A stretch of DNA of 64,000 nt from Bacillota bacterium (GCA_963666425.2 OY762825.2:256001-320000), one strand, 5' to 3'. Counted from the stretch's first letter, positions 19,306 to 29,203 are shown. The notes: generated by a model from the sequence alone, not told the origin. Numbers and translations are program-made.

Positions 19306-20166
19306 TTAAGAATCATCTGGTTTAATGATGAATTTTCCTATGATACAAGTTGCAATAAATAATGAAACAACATCAGATCCGCTCCTGAGCAGTGAGTCTG
19401 ACATAGCATCTTTCGTAATTAACCCCATAAAGCTATTAAATATTATCCAATTAAGTCCAATTGTAAATAGTAATCTTATTGGTACTGAAGTCCATTTTTC
19501 TTTGTTAAATAGCGTTGGGTATACAATTATGTAAACGTACCCTAATATCACGCCAAATGTTAAGGTCCAAATATAACATGGTAAGGCATAGATATTGCAA
19601 TTACTTTGAATTATACCTGTTTTATATCCTACTATACGTTCAATCATAAAAGTAATTGTAATAGCAGCAACCGCCCCTATGCGTTCTACCCTTTTAATAC
19701 TTTGAAATGTGTTTTTTTTTGAATGATTTGCTATTGTAAACAATGCAATTGCCATGCAAAGTAAAAATACAGGGATTGCATCACCGATTCCCATAAAAAA
19801 TTGGTATTTGACAAATTCAAATCCATAGGAATTGAAAGGTGATGATTCAATCACAACTTCTTGCATGCCAAACAGATAAATTAACGCAAAAGATAAACCA
19901 AAACGAACACCTGTAGGCATATTGGAAATCTTAGTTTTATTACAGACATATCGGACTGTGACAGTACATTGAGCATATAATACTAAGAAATAGCAAACTG
20001 CTATGGCAGGAAAACCAAAAAGCATTACTAAAGTACTATTAAATAGTTGAACATTTACTGACGCAGGTAAAATGGCATGCAAAACAATTGTTAAAAAAAC
20101 CGAACATAAAATAGTGAGTATACTTATAAAAATCTCACTTTTTTTGTTTATTTGCTCAAAATTCAT
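19306..20166 (-). CDS. Hypothetical polytopic membrane protein
   Basis: About 8 hydrophobic segments; GGAGG RBS; AT-rich. Confidence 0.7.
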   Translation of the reverse strand: MNFEQINKKSEIFISILTILCSVFLTIVLHAILPASVNVQLFNSTLVMLFGFPAIAVCYFLVLYAQCTVTVRYVCNKTKISNMPTGVRFGLSFALIYLFGMQEVVIESSPFNSYGFEFVKYQFFMGIGDAIPVFLLCMAIALFTIANHSKKNTFQSIKRVERIGAVAAITITFMIERIVGYKTGIIQSNCNIYALPCYIWTLTFGVILGYVYIIVYPTLFNKEKWTSVPIRLLFTIGLNWIIFNSFMGLITKDAMSDSLLRSGSDVVSLFIATCIIGKFIIKPDDS

Positions 20167-20325
20167 AAATGTAACCTCCAAAATAAGTTAGTCGTTTTAA
20201 CATGTAAACAAGAAATGATGTGAAAAATTCCTGCCCGAGCCTAGGTGTGCACAACAGGAGCAGCATAATGATTATACTAAATGCAGAGCAGTTGAAGATT
20301 AGCCTGCTTTTTACCGAAAAAGAAA

Positions 20326-20388
20326 GTTTCTTCAGGATGGTTTGATATGCAGATATTGATATGCACATCACTTCCATCCTGAAGAAAC
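20326..20388. repeat. Inverted repeat with 15-bp perfect arms
   Basis: GTTTCTTCAGGATGG...CCATCCTGAAGAAAC. Confidence 0.6.
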
Positions 20389-20545
20389 ATGTGAACGCTT
20401 TATAAATCCAGATCACTTTCTGCTGGGGTGTTCTACAAACATTTGCTTGTTTTTTGTTCATGAGTTTTTTCACTGACATGAAATTCTATGATTTGTTGGA
20501 TAATCATCGTAAGCTGATTATCACCTACTTACACTTTTTCTCTGA

Positions 20546-20974
20546 TTAAACCTTGCAGCAATCTCCGTTCATTAATGTGCTTTCAACGATGATGTTATTA
20601 CAATCAATCTTACAGGAATCAATAATCATAGCAAATATAGGATCGAGGCACCAGCCGTGGCAGGGATTTGCATTTCCCATTTTTTTAGATAATGCACATA
20701 ACTTGCACATTGTTGCCGTAGCGATATGTCCATCGTGAGTCTTTTCAACAGACCAGTTTGCACAGCCATATATCTCGGAAAGCCTATTAAATACATCTTC
20801 AATATTCTTTATACCCAGCTGCTGGTTTAAAACGGAGGCGGTTAACGTTTGCCTTTCTTTTCTTTTTTCGACAATGTTCTTTAGCACTTTCATACTTTCA
20901 TAAGTGTTTACAGTTTCCGCGATTGCTGCAGCATATGTATACTGCAGCAAAGCAAGTCTTTTCTCGATTTCCAT
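20546..20974 (-). CDS. Cys-rich V4R/ATC-hydrolase-like small protein, possibly C-terminally frameshifted
   Basis: CKLC...PCHGWC...STLMNGDCC pattern; AGGAG RBS. Confidence 0.6.
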   Translation of the reverse strand: MEIEKRLALLQYTYAAAIAETVNTYESMKVLKNIVEKRKERQTLTASVLNQQLGIKNIEDVFNRLSEIYGCANWSVEKTHDGHIATATMCKLCALSKKMGNANPCHGWCLDPIFAMIIDSCKIDCNNIIVESTLMNGDCCKV

Positions 20975-20990
20975 TATTAAATTCTCTCCT

Positions 20991-21557
20991 TTACATATTT
21001 AGTTTGTCAGCAAGGATTGCTGAAATTTCTTCGTGAATTTCATCTTTCGCAATGTACCTGTTTTTTACCACTATGCTTATAATAAGATTCTCAAGAAGAT
21101 GTATAAGAGTTTTTACAACAATAACATTGTTTTCACAGGATTTAAGATGCGGCAACACCAACTGCGAATGACGATCCACAATCGATTTCTCCCAATTTTC
21201 CATAATTGTTGTTAGTTCGTCATCGCCATCAAAAGCAAGATATACCTTTACACCTAGCCGATAAACCTTTTTATCATAACGATTCAAATGGTTCAACTCA
21301 AAAACAAACTCGGTATAAAAATCTATGATGTTTTTGGACTCTATTTTCTTCGCTTGTCTGCTCAAAATTTCGAAATAATCCTTTATGATTATTTCATGAA
21401 ATAATTCCTTTTTGCTTTTGTAATAATAGTAAATCATCGGCAGCGAACATCCAGCATCACTGGCGATTTTGCGGATGGTTGCTCCATAAAAGCCGTCTCT
21501 TTCAAAATGATCAACTGCTATTTCTTTAATTTTGACTCTAAATTCATTCTCTTCCAT
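20991..21557 (-). CDS. TetR/AcrR family regulator
   Basis: GFYGATIRKIASDAGCSLPMIYYYYKSKKELF HTH; AGGAGG RBS. Confidence 0.9.
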   Translation of the reverse strand: MEENEFRVKIKEIAVDHFERDGFYGATIRKIASDAGCSLPMIYYYYKSKKELFHEIIIKDYFEILSRQAKKIESKNIIDFYTEFVFELNHLNRYDKKVYRLGVKVYLAFDGDDELTTIMENWEKSIVDRHSQLVLPHLKSCENNVIVVKTLIHLLENLIISIVVKNRYIAKDEIHEEISAILADKLNM

Positions 21558-21570
21558 GTGCACCTCCTAT

Positions 21571-21614
21571 CTAACGTACGTTAGTATTATATCACACGTA
21601 CAAATAGACTGCAA
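21571..21614 (-). promoter_or_regulatory. tetR SigA promoter with a palindromic auto-operator
   Basis: TTGCAG-17-TATAAT; perfect 14-bp palindrome CTAACGTACGTTAG at 21571-21584 over the start site. Confidence 0.7.
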
Positions 21615-21880
21615 GAGTTTGATTGAATTTAAATCATTAGAAAATTGATAAAGATTGTAAATGGACTCTATTTGCATAACAGTTTTTCAAGCGCTGCTCA
21701 GTGTAGAATAGCTTGCGGCTTCAATTTCAGCGTATTGTTGAGCTGTCTGCGCCTTCTGCTGCGCATCGAGCGGCACCAAAATAAGAGACAGACAGCGCAC
21801 AAAGCACTCCTGACAGATATGCAGTTTTGCTTCTTCCGAGTAATCCCAGAGATAGCCGTAAAAGCGTTTCATTTGCAATA

Positions 21881-22747
21881 TTAGAGATTTAAATCGTCAT
21901 TTTGAATATCTTCATCCCTTAGTGTGTTATTTTCGAGTTTTGCGGGCAGTAACCTTTTCATATCAAAGCCGAATAAGATTTTAATAATCCAGGTAAAAAT
22001 CAATATTACAATTAACGGTATAACACAGGAGGTTATAATCAGAACAGCAATTGCCTCTAAGAATGTACTAAGTGTATCTTCTCCCTTTTTTGTTATTTCA
22101 GATATGCTATTTCCTATTTTAGAAGTAACGTCGGATAAATAAAGTCCGATTTTTTCCATCCAATTTTTATCTTCTGTGAAAATATCTTGTTTCTTTTCTT
22201 CAATATATGATTTATTTTGTTCTACAGTTTCAACCGATTGTTCTATTGAGGCTTGATAAGAAGCATACATTAAGTCACTTACATGTATGCTTGCCGGGAT
22301 TGCCATAAATAGAACAACACCAAATATAGTGAGCTTTATTGCAAGATTTTTTAATACAACATCCTTAGTGTATAAATAAGAAACACCTAAAATACAAGCA
22401 AAAGGAATAATAACATTAAATGACACATAACCAACTACTGCAATTAACATCTTTTCTAATAAAATCGCACATAGTACAACAATGAAGTAAAAACTTAATT
22501 CTGCAATTTGATTAGCGATTGGCGTTGCGGCATCTCCGGGCATTAATGAGAGAGCTGTTGAGGTTGCCGCCGCTGCTGCTGTGAGTCCCATAACAATGAC
22601 TTTTTTATCGTCCAATGATTTTATGGTTGCTGCATTAAAACTTGGGGCTGTTACTATTCTTGATACAACGAAAATTGATAATAACGCTATTACGAGTAGT
22701 ATTATCAGCATTATAGTTCGTTGAGAAGACTTATTGCTTTTTATCAT
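21881..22747 (-). CDS. Hypothetical membrane protein
   Basis: TM segments; PGDAATPIANQIAEL and LLEK look conserved; AAGGAG RBS. Confidence 0.75.
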   Translation of the reverse strand: MIKSNKSSQRTIMLIILLVIALLSIFVVSRIVTAPSFNAATIKSLDDKKVIVMGLTAAAAATSTALSLMPGDAATPIANQIAELSFYFIVVLCAILLEKMLIAVVGYVSFNVIIPFACILGVSYLYTKDVVLKNLAIKLTIFGVVLFMAIPASIHVSDLMYASYQASIEQSVETVEQNKSYIEEKKQDIFTEDKNWMEKIGLYLSDVTSKIGNSISEITKKGEDTLSTFLEAIAVLIITSCVIPLIVILIFTWIIKILFGFDMKRLLPAKLENNTLRDEDIQNDDLNL

Positions 22748-23134
22748 TCGTACTCTCCTTTGTAAATTCTATATTGATAATCAATAGATCATTTCTTATT
22801 TTATATCCAGATTAATTCCAATTATTGTTTTCGTTTTCTGTATCTTTTGATAGTATAGTACCATCTCCCAAACTAGAATTAGCCATAATATAAATAATCT
22901 AAATTTATTATATAGAAAAGAATTATGAAAGTCAATCTGCACATATCAATATAGGGGAGGGATATTTGCCGCACTGAAAATATTTAAGTGTTTTGTTGAG
23001 ATCATATTCCTATAACTGACAGTGTGTCGTACTTAGACGAAATTTCACAGTGCTGCCTTCGTGAGAAGAACAGCGCGAAGTGTTTGCTTTGCAAACATGA
23101 AGTTCAGTGTTCAACAAAAAGCGGAACACTGAGT

Positions 23135-23180
23135 AAAAAGAAGCGGTTATTTGTCTGTAGACAAATAACCGCTTCTTTTT
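23135..23180 (-). terminator. tRNA-Ala terminator (bidirectional-type perfect hairpin)
   Basis: AAAAAGAAGCGGTTATTTGTCT-gt-AGACAAATAACCGCTTCTTTTT. Confidence 0.85.
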
Positions 23181-23181
23181 A

Positions 23182-23257
23182 TGGTGGAGACGAAGAGGAT
23201 CGAACTCTCGACCTTACGGATGCGAACCGTACGCTCTCCCAGCTGAGCTACGTCCCC
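23182..23257 (-). tRNA. tRNA-Ala(CGC)
   Basis: 76-nt cloverleaf GGGGACG...CGTCTCC-ACCA, G3:U70, anticodon arm TACGG-TTCGCAT-CCGTA; upstream TTGACC-17-TATAAT. Confidence 0.96.
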
Positions 23258-23299
23258 GTAAATCAACGTTCCTCATTATACATAAAAAGAGTCATCCGG

Positions 23300-24226
23300 T
23301 CAAGAGGCAATCACAGTTTTTTTCTCAGTTCCCTTCGTTTCTTCCGTTTCCTCTTTCCTTTTGTTAAACAGTGTCAGTGTCACAACGGAAGCTAAAATCA
23401 TGATGGTTCCAAGCAAGGTTCGGCTGGTAAATCTTTCATGGAAAGCCAGAACGCCCACAACAATACTGGCCAATGGCTCGAAGGTACTCAAGATCGCCGT
23501 ATGCTGCGCACCAACCAGATTGGTGCCGCTTTGGAACAGGATGACGGCGACCAAGGTCAGCGACATGGCGAAAACCACCATCCAAAGCCAAGCCACGCTT
23601 GTCATCTGATAAACAAAGCTTCGCGTCAGCATGGAATAAAGAAAGATTAAAACAGAACAGATAGAAGCGGTGTAGAAACTATATTTAAAGGGGTATAGTT
23701 TTCCCATTCCACTCTTGGCCAAGTAAACGATATAGGCGGCATAACTGACACCGGAAGCGCAAGCAAGGAATATTCCTCTCAAATTTGCTTGTTGTCCTGG
23801 CGTATAGAAAAACAAGATGCCAAGCATACATAAAATAAGGCAGGCTCCGTGCAAAAGATCAATTTTCTCCCGAAAAAACAGCCAGCAGAAAAGAAAAACA
23901 AAGACCGGATAAATAAAGTGCAAAGTCGTTGCCATCCCGGAATTAATATAATGAAAGGAGGAATAAAGTACGATTGGAGTCAGGACCGCACCAATCGCGC
24001 TGCAGAGAAAAAGCTTGCCAAATTCAGCTCGGCTGACCTTCAGATTGATTTTTTTCCATCTCAAAATGAAATAGAGAAAAGGTAAGGGTAAGAAATTACG
24101 GTAAAAGACAATGCTGATGGCATTGCCGCCGCCCAGGTAAATGTTTTTCACAAAGAGCGAAGCGCAGCCAAACATGGTAGCGGAAAGAATGACAAATAGG
24201 CATCCTTTCAAATAACGATTCATCAA
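23300..24226 (-). CDS. DMT/EamA family transporter
   Basis: 10 TM segments, YPVFV, ILSTFEPL, HERFT motifs. Confidence 0.88.
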   Translation of the reverse strand: MMNRYLKGCLFVILSATMFGCASLFVKNIYLGGGNAISIVFYRNFLPLPFLYFILRWKKINLKVSRAEFGKLFLCSAIGAVLTPIVLYSSFHYINSGMATTLHFIYPVFVFLFCWLFFREKIDLLHGACLILCMLGILFFYTPGQQANLRGIFLACASGVSYAAYIVYLAKSGMGKLYPFKYSFYTASICSVLIFLYSMLTRSFVYQMTSVAWLWMVVFAMSLTLVAVILFQSGTNLVGAQHTAILSTFEPLASIVVGVLAFHERFTSRTLLGTIMILASVVTLTLFNKRKEETEETKGTEKKTVIAS

Positions 24227-24265
24227 CGAATACTCCCTTTAAACCGATTTTCTTCTCAACAAGTT

Positions 24266-24306
24266 ACTGGGATACAGCCGCTGTTTTTAAAAAGCCGTAT
24301 CCCAGT
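24266..24306 (-). terminator. Hairpin after the M42 operon
   Basis: ACTGGGATAC...GTATCCCAGT. Confidence 0.5.
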
Positions 24307-24322
24307 TCGTATTTCTAGTACG

Positions 24323-25324
24323 CTAGACGCTGGGAAACTTTGTTTCCAATAAGGCGACAATCAGTTTGATACCGTTTTCCACATCGTTCATGTCGACCAT
24401 TTCAGATGGGGTATGAATGTAACGGGTAGCAATCGACATCACGCCACTGGGTACTCCGGCTTTGGTGGTGTGGATTGCGCCGGAATCGGTGCCGCCTGAC
24501 TCTAAAACCTCCAATTGATAGGGGATTTTATGTTTGGTGGCTACTTCTTTCATGAAGCGGATCATGGTCGGGTGGCACAAGACAGAAGCGTCGCGCACCT
24601 TGACCGTCGGTCCTTTTCCCAATGCGACATCCATCGTAATCGATTTGGGTGTATCTCCGGTGCGGGTCACATCAATGGCAATACCAAAATCGGGATCCAC
24701 GGCAAAGGCGGACGTGCGCGCGCCGCGCAAACCCACTTCTTCCTGGACGGTAAAGACAAAATTCATCTGAACTTTTGCATGTTTTACACGTTTGATGGCT
24801 TCAATTAAAATCACGCAGGCGATACGGTCGTCCATGGCTTTCGATACCATACGATTGCCAAGATCAATGCACTCGTAGCAGCCGCCGGCGCAGTCGCCGA
24901 CCTGAACCTTCTGCTGCGCTTCCGCTTTGCTGTCGGCACCGATGTCGATAAACATCTTGCTTAATTCCAGTGTTTCGCCGGCATTCAATTTTTCCGCGCC
25001 AAAAACACCGACCGTACCGTTGGCAAAGACACAGCGCGTCGCAAACAAGACCTGCGGGCTGAGTCCGCCAAGATTGGTGAAACGTAAAAAACCTTTGTCA
25101 TCGATATGTGTTACCATTACGCCGATTTCGTCCATATGAGCAGCCAACATTACTTTGGGGCCACTGCCATTTTTGACTGCAATAACATTGCCCAAAGCGT
25201 CGATTTTCACACTGTCGACATAAGGCTTGATCTCCTCGACGATCAGATTGGCTACATTGGTTTCATCACCGGTTGGTCCATAAGCAGAGACAATTTTTTT
25301 GGTTAAGTCTTTCAGCTCGTTCAT
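24323..25324 (-). CDS. M42 family aminopeptidase (copy 3)
   Basis: AHMDEIG, KAMDDR, QEEVG, AIDV, GGTD, RYIH. Confidence 0.93.
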   Translation of the reverse strand: MNELKDLTKKIVSAYGPTGDETNVANLIVEEIKPYVDSVKIDALGNVIAVKNGSGPKVMLAAHMDEIGVMVTHIDDKGFLRFTNLGGLSPQVLFATRCVFANGTVGVFGAEKLNAGETLELSKMFIDIGADSKAEAQQKVQVGDCAGGCYECIDLGNRMVSKAMDDRIACVILIEAIKRVKHAKVQMNFVFTVQEEVGLRGARTSAFAVDPDFGIAIDVTRTGDTPKSITMDVALGKGPTVKVRDASVLCHPTMIRFMKEVATKHKIPYQLEVLESGGTDSGAIHTTKAGVPSGVMSIATRYIHTPSEMVDMNDVENGIKLIVALLETKFPSV

Positions 25325-26349
25325 TTTATTGCAAACCCTCCTCTTTCAATCGCGTGGACAAACGCTTTTACCAATGCGATGGTTTGTTCGTAATCGCTTA
25401 ATTGGATGATCGATATTGGTGAATGGACATAACGGGTCGGTACCGCCAATTCAATGGCGGCCACGCCGCCGCGTGTCTGGTTGATTTTGCCGCCGTCGTT
25501 GCCGCCGGTGGCCGTGTTGCGGAATTGATAAGGTATACCCAATTCCTCCGCGGTCTTCGCTGCCAAGGCAATCAGTTTTTTGTCACTGATCAATGATTTA
25601 TCCATCAGAGTAATGGATGGACCGGCACCAAGGTGCGTGGAAACCAAATGATCTTCCACATCGGTCACATCATGGGCGGTACAACCTTCAATGGCAATGC
25701 CAACCTGCGGATCGATCGCGAAGGCGGCAGTACCGGCGCCGCGCAGACCGATTTCTTCCGAAACGGAAAAAACAGCGTAAACCGGCACAGTGAACTTCTC
25801 TTTCAGGACTTCCACGATCACGGCGCAGCCGATGCGGTCGTCAAATGCTTTGGCTTTGGCTTTGCCATCGCCGAATTCTTCGTAGTCTGTATCAAAAACA
25901 GCAAAATCGCCAACGGAAACAACCTTTTCCGCTTCATCTTTATTCTTTGCTCCGATATCGATCAATAACGCGTCAATCGGCAGCGGAGATTGCCGCTCTT
26001 CCGGTTTCTGCAAATGAATCGCTTTGGCTCCGATTACACCGGGAATTTTCTTAGTCCCAATCCGGACTGTTTTCGCTACCAAAACTCTGGGGTCAATGCC
26101 GCCAACCGGTTTAAAACGCAGCAGGCCGGTCGGTTCGATAAAAACGATCATCAGTCCAATTTCATCCATATGTGCATCCAACAAAATCCGGGGACCTTTG
26201 GCATCCTTGTTTTGTACGGCGATCAAATTACCCAGCATATCGGTATGGATCTCGTCCACAACACCCTCCAGGGCTGCTCTGATAACTGCACGCACTTCAT
26301 ATTCATCACCGGCCACACCGGCCGCTTCCGTGATCTTTTTTAGTAACAT
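25321..26349 (-). CDS. M42 family aminopeptidase (copy 2)
   Basis: AHMDEIG, KAFDDR, SEEIG, AIEG, GGND, RYVH. Confidence 0.93.
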   Translation of the reverse strand: MLLKKITEAAGVAGDEYEVRAVIRAALEGVVDEIHTDMLGNLIAVQNKDAKGPRILLDAHMDEIGLMIVFIEPTGLLRFKPVGGIDPRVLVAKTVRIGTKKIPGVIGAKAIHLQKPEERQSPLPIDALLIDIGAKNKDEAEKVVSVGDFAVFDTDYEEFGDGKAKAKAFDDRIGCAVIVEVLKEKFTVPVYAVFSVSEEIGLRGAGTAAFAIDPQVGIAIEGCTAHDVTDVEDHLVSTHLGAGPSITLMDKSLISDKKLIALAAKTAEELGIPYQFRNTATGGNDGGKINQTRGGVAAIELAVPTRYVHSPISIIQLSDYEQTIALVKAFVHAIERGGFAIK

Positions 26350-27395
26350 GTCAAGCCCTCCACAAAAGCACTGTCGATGGCGGCAATGAAATAAGCCAAC
26401 AGCTTGCCGGATTGACGCACATCGGAATAGGATAAGGTTTCCACTGCGGTATGCATATAGCGCAAGGGTATCGATATCACACCGGTGGCAACTCCGGTCT
26501 GCGCAATTTGCATGGTCCAGGCATCTGTACCGGTAGCACCCGGCGCCGGTTCCGGTGAAATGGCAATATGCTGATCCGCAGCCACTTTTTTCAGCAAAGC
26601 AAATACTTTGGGATGGATATTGGGACCCATCGCCACTGCCGGACCGCCGCCGATCGGTGAAGCATCATAATCAGCTACACCGGGCATTCTGCCGTGGCAG
26701 ACATCAATGGCAATCCCAATCTGAGGATTGATACCGTAAGCGGAAGTCAAAGCACCGCGGCAGCCCACTTCTTCCTGGACTGTTGCAACCGCATAAACAT
26801 CTGCCGCATGATGCAGTTTTTTTAGCTCCTGTAAGCATTCCAGCATGACCAGCACACCGGCTCGGTCATCCATTGCTTTTCCGGCCAGCCAATCACCCTG
26901 CAGTTCCTGCATGCTCCGCCGGATGGTGATCAAATCACCCACCGACACGAGTTCTCTGGCTTGCACGGCCGAATAACCAATATCGATCAATAAGTCGGAG
27001 AGCGGCACTGTTTTCTTGCGTTCTTCGGCTGTCAAAAGGTGCGGTGGTTTGGCAGCGACCACACCCAGGCAATCTCTTTTGCCATGCACGATCACTTCCT
27101 GCGCCGGTAAGGTGCGCTGATCAAAACCGCCGATTTGAGCGACATGCAAAAAGCCAAGGTCATCCACTTTGGTTACCATTAAGCCGATTTCATCCATATG
27201 TCCTGCCAGCATAACGGAAATATTATGCTCTTTTGCATCCCCTTTGACTTTGGCGATCACACTGCCCATTGGATCAAGGCGAATTTCGTTTGTAAACTCC
27301 AGAAAATTCTGATAAATTGCGCTGGCTACCGGAGCTTCAAAACCGGATACGCCGGTATTTTCGATTAAACTCTTGAGTATTGCTTTCCCATCCAA
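26340..27395 (-). CDS. M42 family aminopeptidase (copy 1)
   Basis: GHMDEIG, KAMDDR, QEEVG, AIDV, GTDA, RYMH. Confidence 0.93.
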   Translation of the reverse strand: MDGKAILKSLIENTGVSGFEAPVASAIYQNFLEFTNEIRLDPMGSVIAKVKGDAKEHNISVMLAGHMDEIGLMVTKVDDLGFLHVAQIGGFDQRTLPAQEVIVHGKRDCLGVVAAKPPHLLTAEERKKTVPLSDLLIDIGYSAVQARELVSVGDLITIRRSMQELQGDWLAGKAMDDRAGVLVMLECLQELKKLHHAADVYAVATVQEEVGCRGALTSAYGINPQIGIAIDVCHGRMPGVADYDASPIGGGPAVAMGPNIHPKVFALLKKVAADQHIAISPEPAPGATGTDAWTMQIAQTGVATGVISIPLRYMHTAVETLSYSDVRQSGKLLAYFIAAIDSAFVEGLTCY

Positions 27396-27437
27396 ATCAA
27401 ATACCTCCTCAGCATCATAATCTGACCAACGGATCAG

Positions 27438-28304
27438 TTAAAGATCTGTTCTAATACCCAGGAACTTCGCAATATTGGCTTGAGTGGATTTTATTCCTTG
27501 GATTTTCCCTGTTTTGCTGGTAAAAAGGGTAGTTACACCGGGACCGTGCCCCATAATCACGCAGTTGCTGTGCACCACAACGCCAACGGTCACCGCACCT
27601 TTCAGATAACCGCGGCCATAACTGGTATCGCAGTCATGCAGGAGCACCAAATCGCCAAAGCGCAGTTTACCCAGACCGAATTGTTGAAACGATTCCGGAT
27701 CGGCAGTCATAATGTCATAATCGCCGGTATCGGCTGTAGAAGAGCCGATGCCGGAGCCCATTAAATATGCCGGTACTTCCGTCACCACCGGAATCTGCAG
27801 CACCCCGTCTATGAGTTGGAGCTGCATTTTTTCTAAAAGATCCGGATCGCAGTTTTTCACCATGACTTCCGGTGCATCCTCGATTTTCAAACCTAAGCCG
27901 ACGCTTTTTACCATAATTCTGTCGCCGATCACCATTTTTTCCAGGTCTTCCGGTTTAAACCAGACCAAGGTATGCTCGATACCGCCATGGAAGCCGGTGA
28001 CAAATCCGAGAGCACCCTTTGCGTCACCGGTCACTACTTTGGCCGTATTGCCAACGCAGGAAAAAGCGTTGAGACCGCTGTTCTTGTCCGGATCGTCCAG
28101 CTTCATACTGACACCAGGCTCCACATGGTCGGCGACCAGGTCCATACAAGAGTCACCAATCGCAAAATTATAGGTGATTCCGCCGGTTCCCGGCAGGGGA
28201 ATCGCCTGTCCGGTGGTGGCAATGCGATAAACATTGGGCTTCTTTGGCTGAGAAATCTCTCCAATCACACCAATCATAGGTAATTTGTCCCGATTTGTTT
28301 TCAT
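27438..28304 (-). CDS. DUF4438 family protein
   Basis: PGTGGITYN, DHVEPGVS, HGGIEH, MGSGIG, GDYDI, GHGPGVT motifs. Confidence 0.8.
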   Translation of the reverse strand: MKTNRDKLPMIGVIGEISQPKKPNVYRIATTGQAIPLPGTGGITYNFAIGDSCMDLVADHVEPGVSMKLDDPDKNSGLNAFSCVGNTAKVVTGDAKGALGFVTGFHGGIEHTLVWFKPEDLEKMVIGDRIMVKSVGLGLKIEDAPEVMVKNCDPDLLEKMQLQLIDGVLQIPVVTEVPAYLMGSGIGSSTADTGDYDIMTADPESFQQFGLGKLRFGDLVLLHDCDTSYGRGYLKGAVTVGVVVHSNCVIMGHGPGVTTLFTSKTGKIQGIKSTQANIAKFLGIRTDL

Positions 28305-28411
28305 TCTTTAACGCCTCCTCACATTGATTATGATTCAATTCTTGCATGGCTGACATTACTCCTTCCCTTTCTGCAAGGAATCATATATTTTCCTACATCA
28401 AGACAGGACAT

Positions 28412-28447
28412 AAAAAAAACCGGCCGCAGTGCTCTGCAGTCGGGTTT
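28412..28447 (-). terminator. sigH terminator
   Basis: GC-rich hairpin followed by a long T-run on the minus strand. Confidence 0.65.
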
Positions 28448-28461
28448 ATTTTAGCAAGAAA

Positions 28462-29103
28462 TTAATCGGATACGGAGGGTTTCATCTTTAGACCGATTTT
28501 ACGTTTGATCCGGCAGAGTGCATTGTCTACTGCCTTGGTAGAGGTTTTGAGTTGATGAGCAATTTCCTGATAGGAAGCCTTTTTTAAGTAAAGCAAGAAA
28601 ACATTGTATTCAAACTTGCTTAAAGTATCCATCAGTTGGTTCTTGATGGAAGTCAATTCTTCCCGATTCATCACAACTTCTTCCGGGTCGGTCATCCGCG
28701 TGCTGGGAATCATATCGATCAGCGTGCGGTCGGTTCCGTCATCATAAACGGGTTTATTCAAAGAAATATAGGAATTCAGAGGTGAATGTTTTAAGCGGGT
28801 TGATGTTTTCACAGCCGTAATAATCTGACGTGAAACGCATAATTCGGCAAAATGTTTAAACGGAATTCCTTTTTCGTATTGGAAATCGCGAATTGCCTTA
28901 TGTAAACCAATCCAACCTTCCTGCAAAATATCCTCTTGGTCCGCACCGGTGAGGAAATAAGGTTTGGCTTTACTGCGAATGATATGTCTGTATTTATGCA
29001 GCAGATATTCGGAGGCATATTCCTGGCCTTGTTGTGCCAATAGGACAACTTCTTCATCCTTCATCGTTTTTAAAACCTGGTTCTGGGAAAGGTGTGCAAA
29101 CAT
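28462..29103 (-). CDS. sigH: RNA polymerase sigma factor SigH
   Basis: YFLTGADQEDILQEG, AIRDF, FAELC.SRQIITAVK, KHSPLNSYISLNKP, SYQEIA, KAVDNALCRIKRK. Confidence 0.92.
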   Translation of the reverse strand: MFAHLSQNQVLKTMKDEEVVLLAQQGQEYASEYLLHKYRHIIRSKAKPYFLTGADQEDILQEGWIGLHKAIRDFQYEKGIPFKHFAELCVSRQIITAVKTSTRLKHSPLNSYISLNKPVYDDGTDRTLIDMIPSTRMTDPEEVVMNREELTSIKNQLMDTLSKFEYNVFLLYLKKASYQEIAHQLKTSTKAVDNALCRIKRKIGLKMKPSVSD

Positions 29104-29133
29104 AGCTTATCCTCCATTCGTACCCTTTGGCTT

Positions 29134-29162
29134 ATCATAAAGAGAAAGGCTTAGGAAGTCAA
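29134..29162 (-). promoter_or_regulatory. Proximal SigA promoter of sigH
   Basis: TTGACT-17-TATGAT. Confidence 0.7.
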
Positions 29163-29203
29163 GTAAACGACATCATTTAACACAATGTTACATTTAAATA
29201 GAA

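Noticed and set aside
20156-20479. 107-aa ORF between islet genes
   Set aside because: Spans an inverted repeat, overlaps the next gene's RBS and has no motif
21645-21884. 63-aa and 79-aa ORFs in a GC-richer patch of the islet
   Set aside because: No RBS or recognisable family; may be a gene remnant but cannot be supported without BLASTX
2571-22975. 13-bp match TATTTGCCGCACT at 2571 and 22963 as possible island att sites
   Set aside because: Matches of this length are expected by chance in 64 kb; unrelated to the tRNA 3' end; no integrase
23024-23395. 123-aa ORF, and likewise 29367-29624
   Set aside because: They run antisense across tRNA genes and terminators
28168-28356. 62-aa ORF with a purine-rich upstream sequence overlapping DUF4438
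   Set aside because: Out-of-frame overlap with a clear gene and poor RBS spacing
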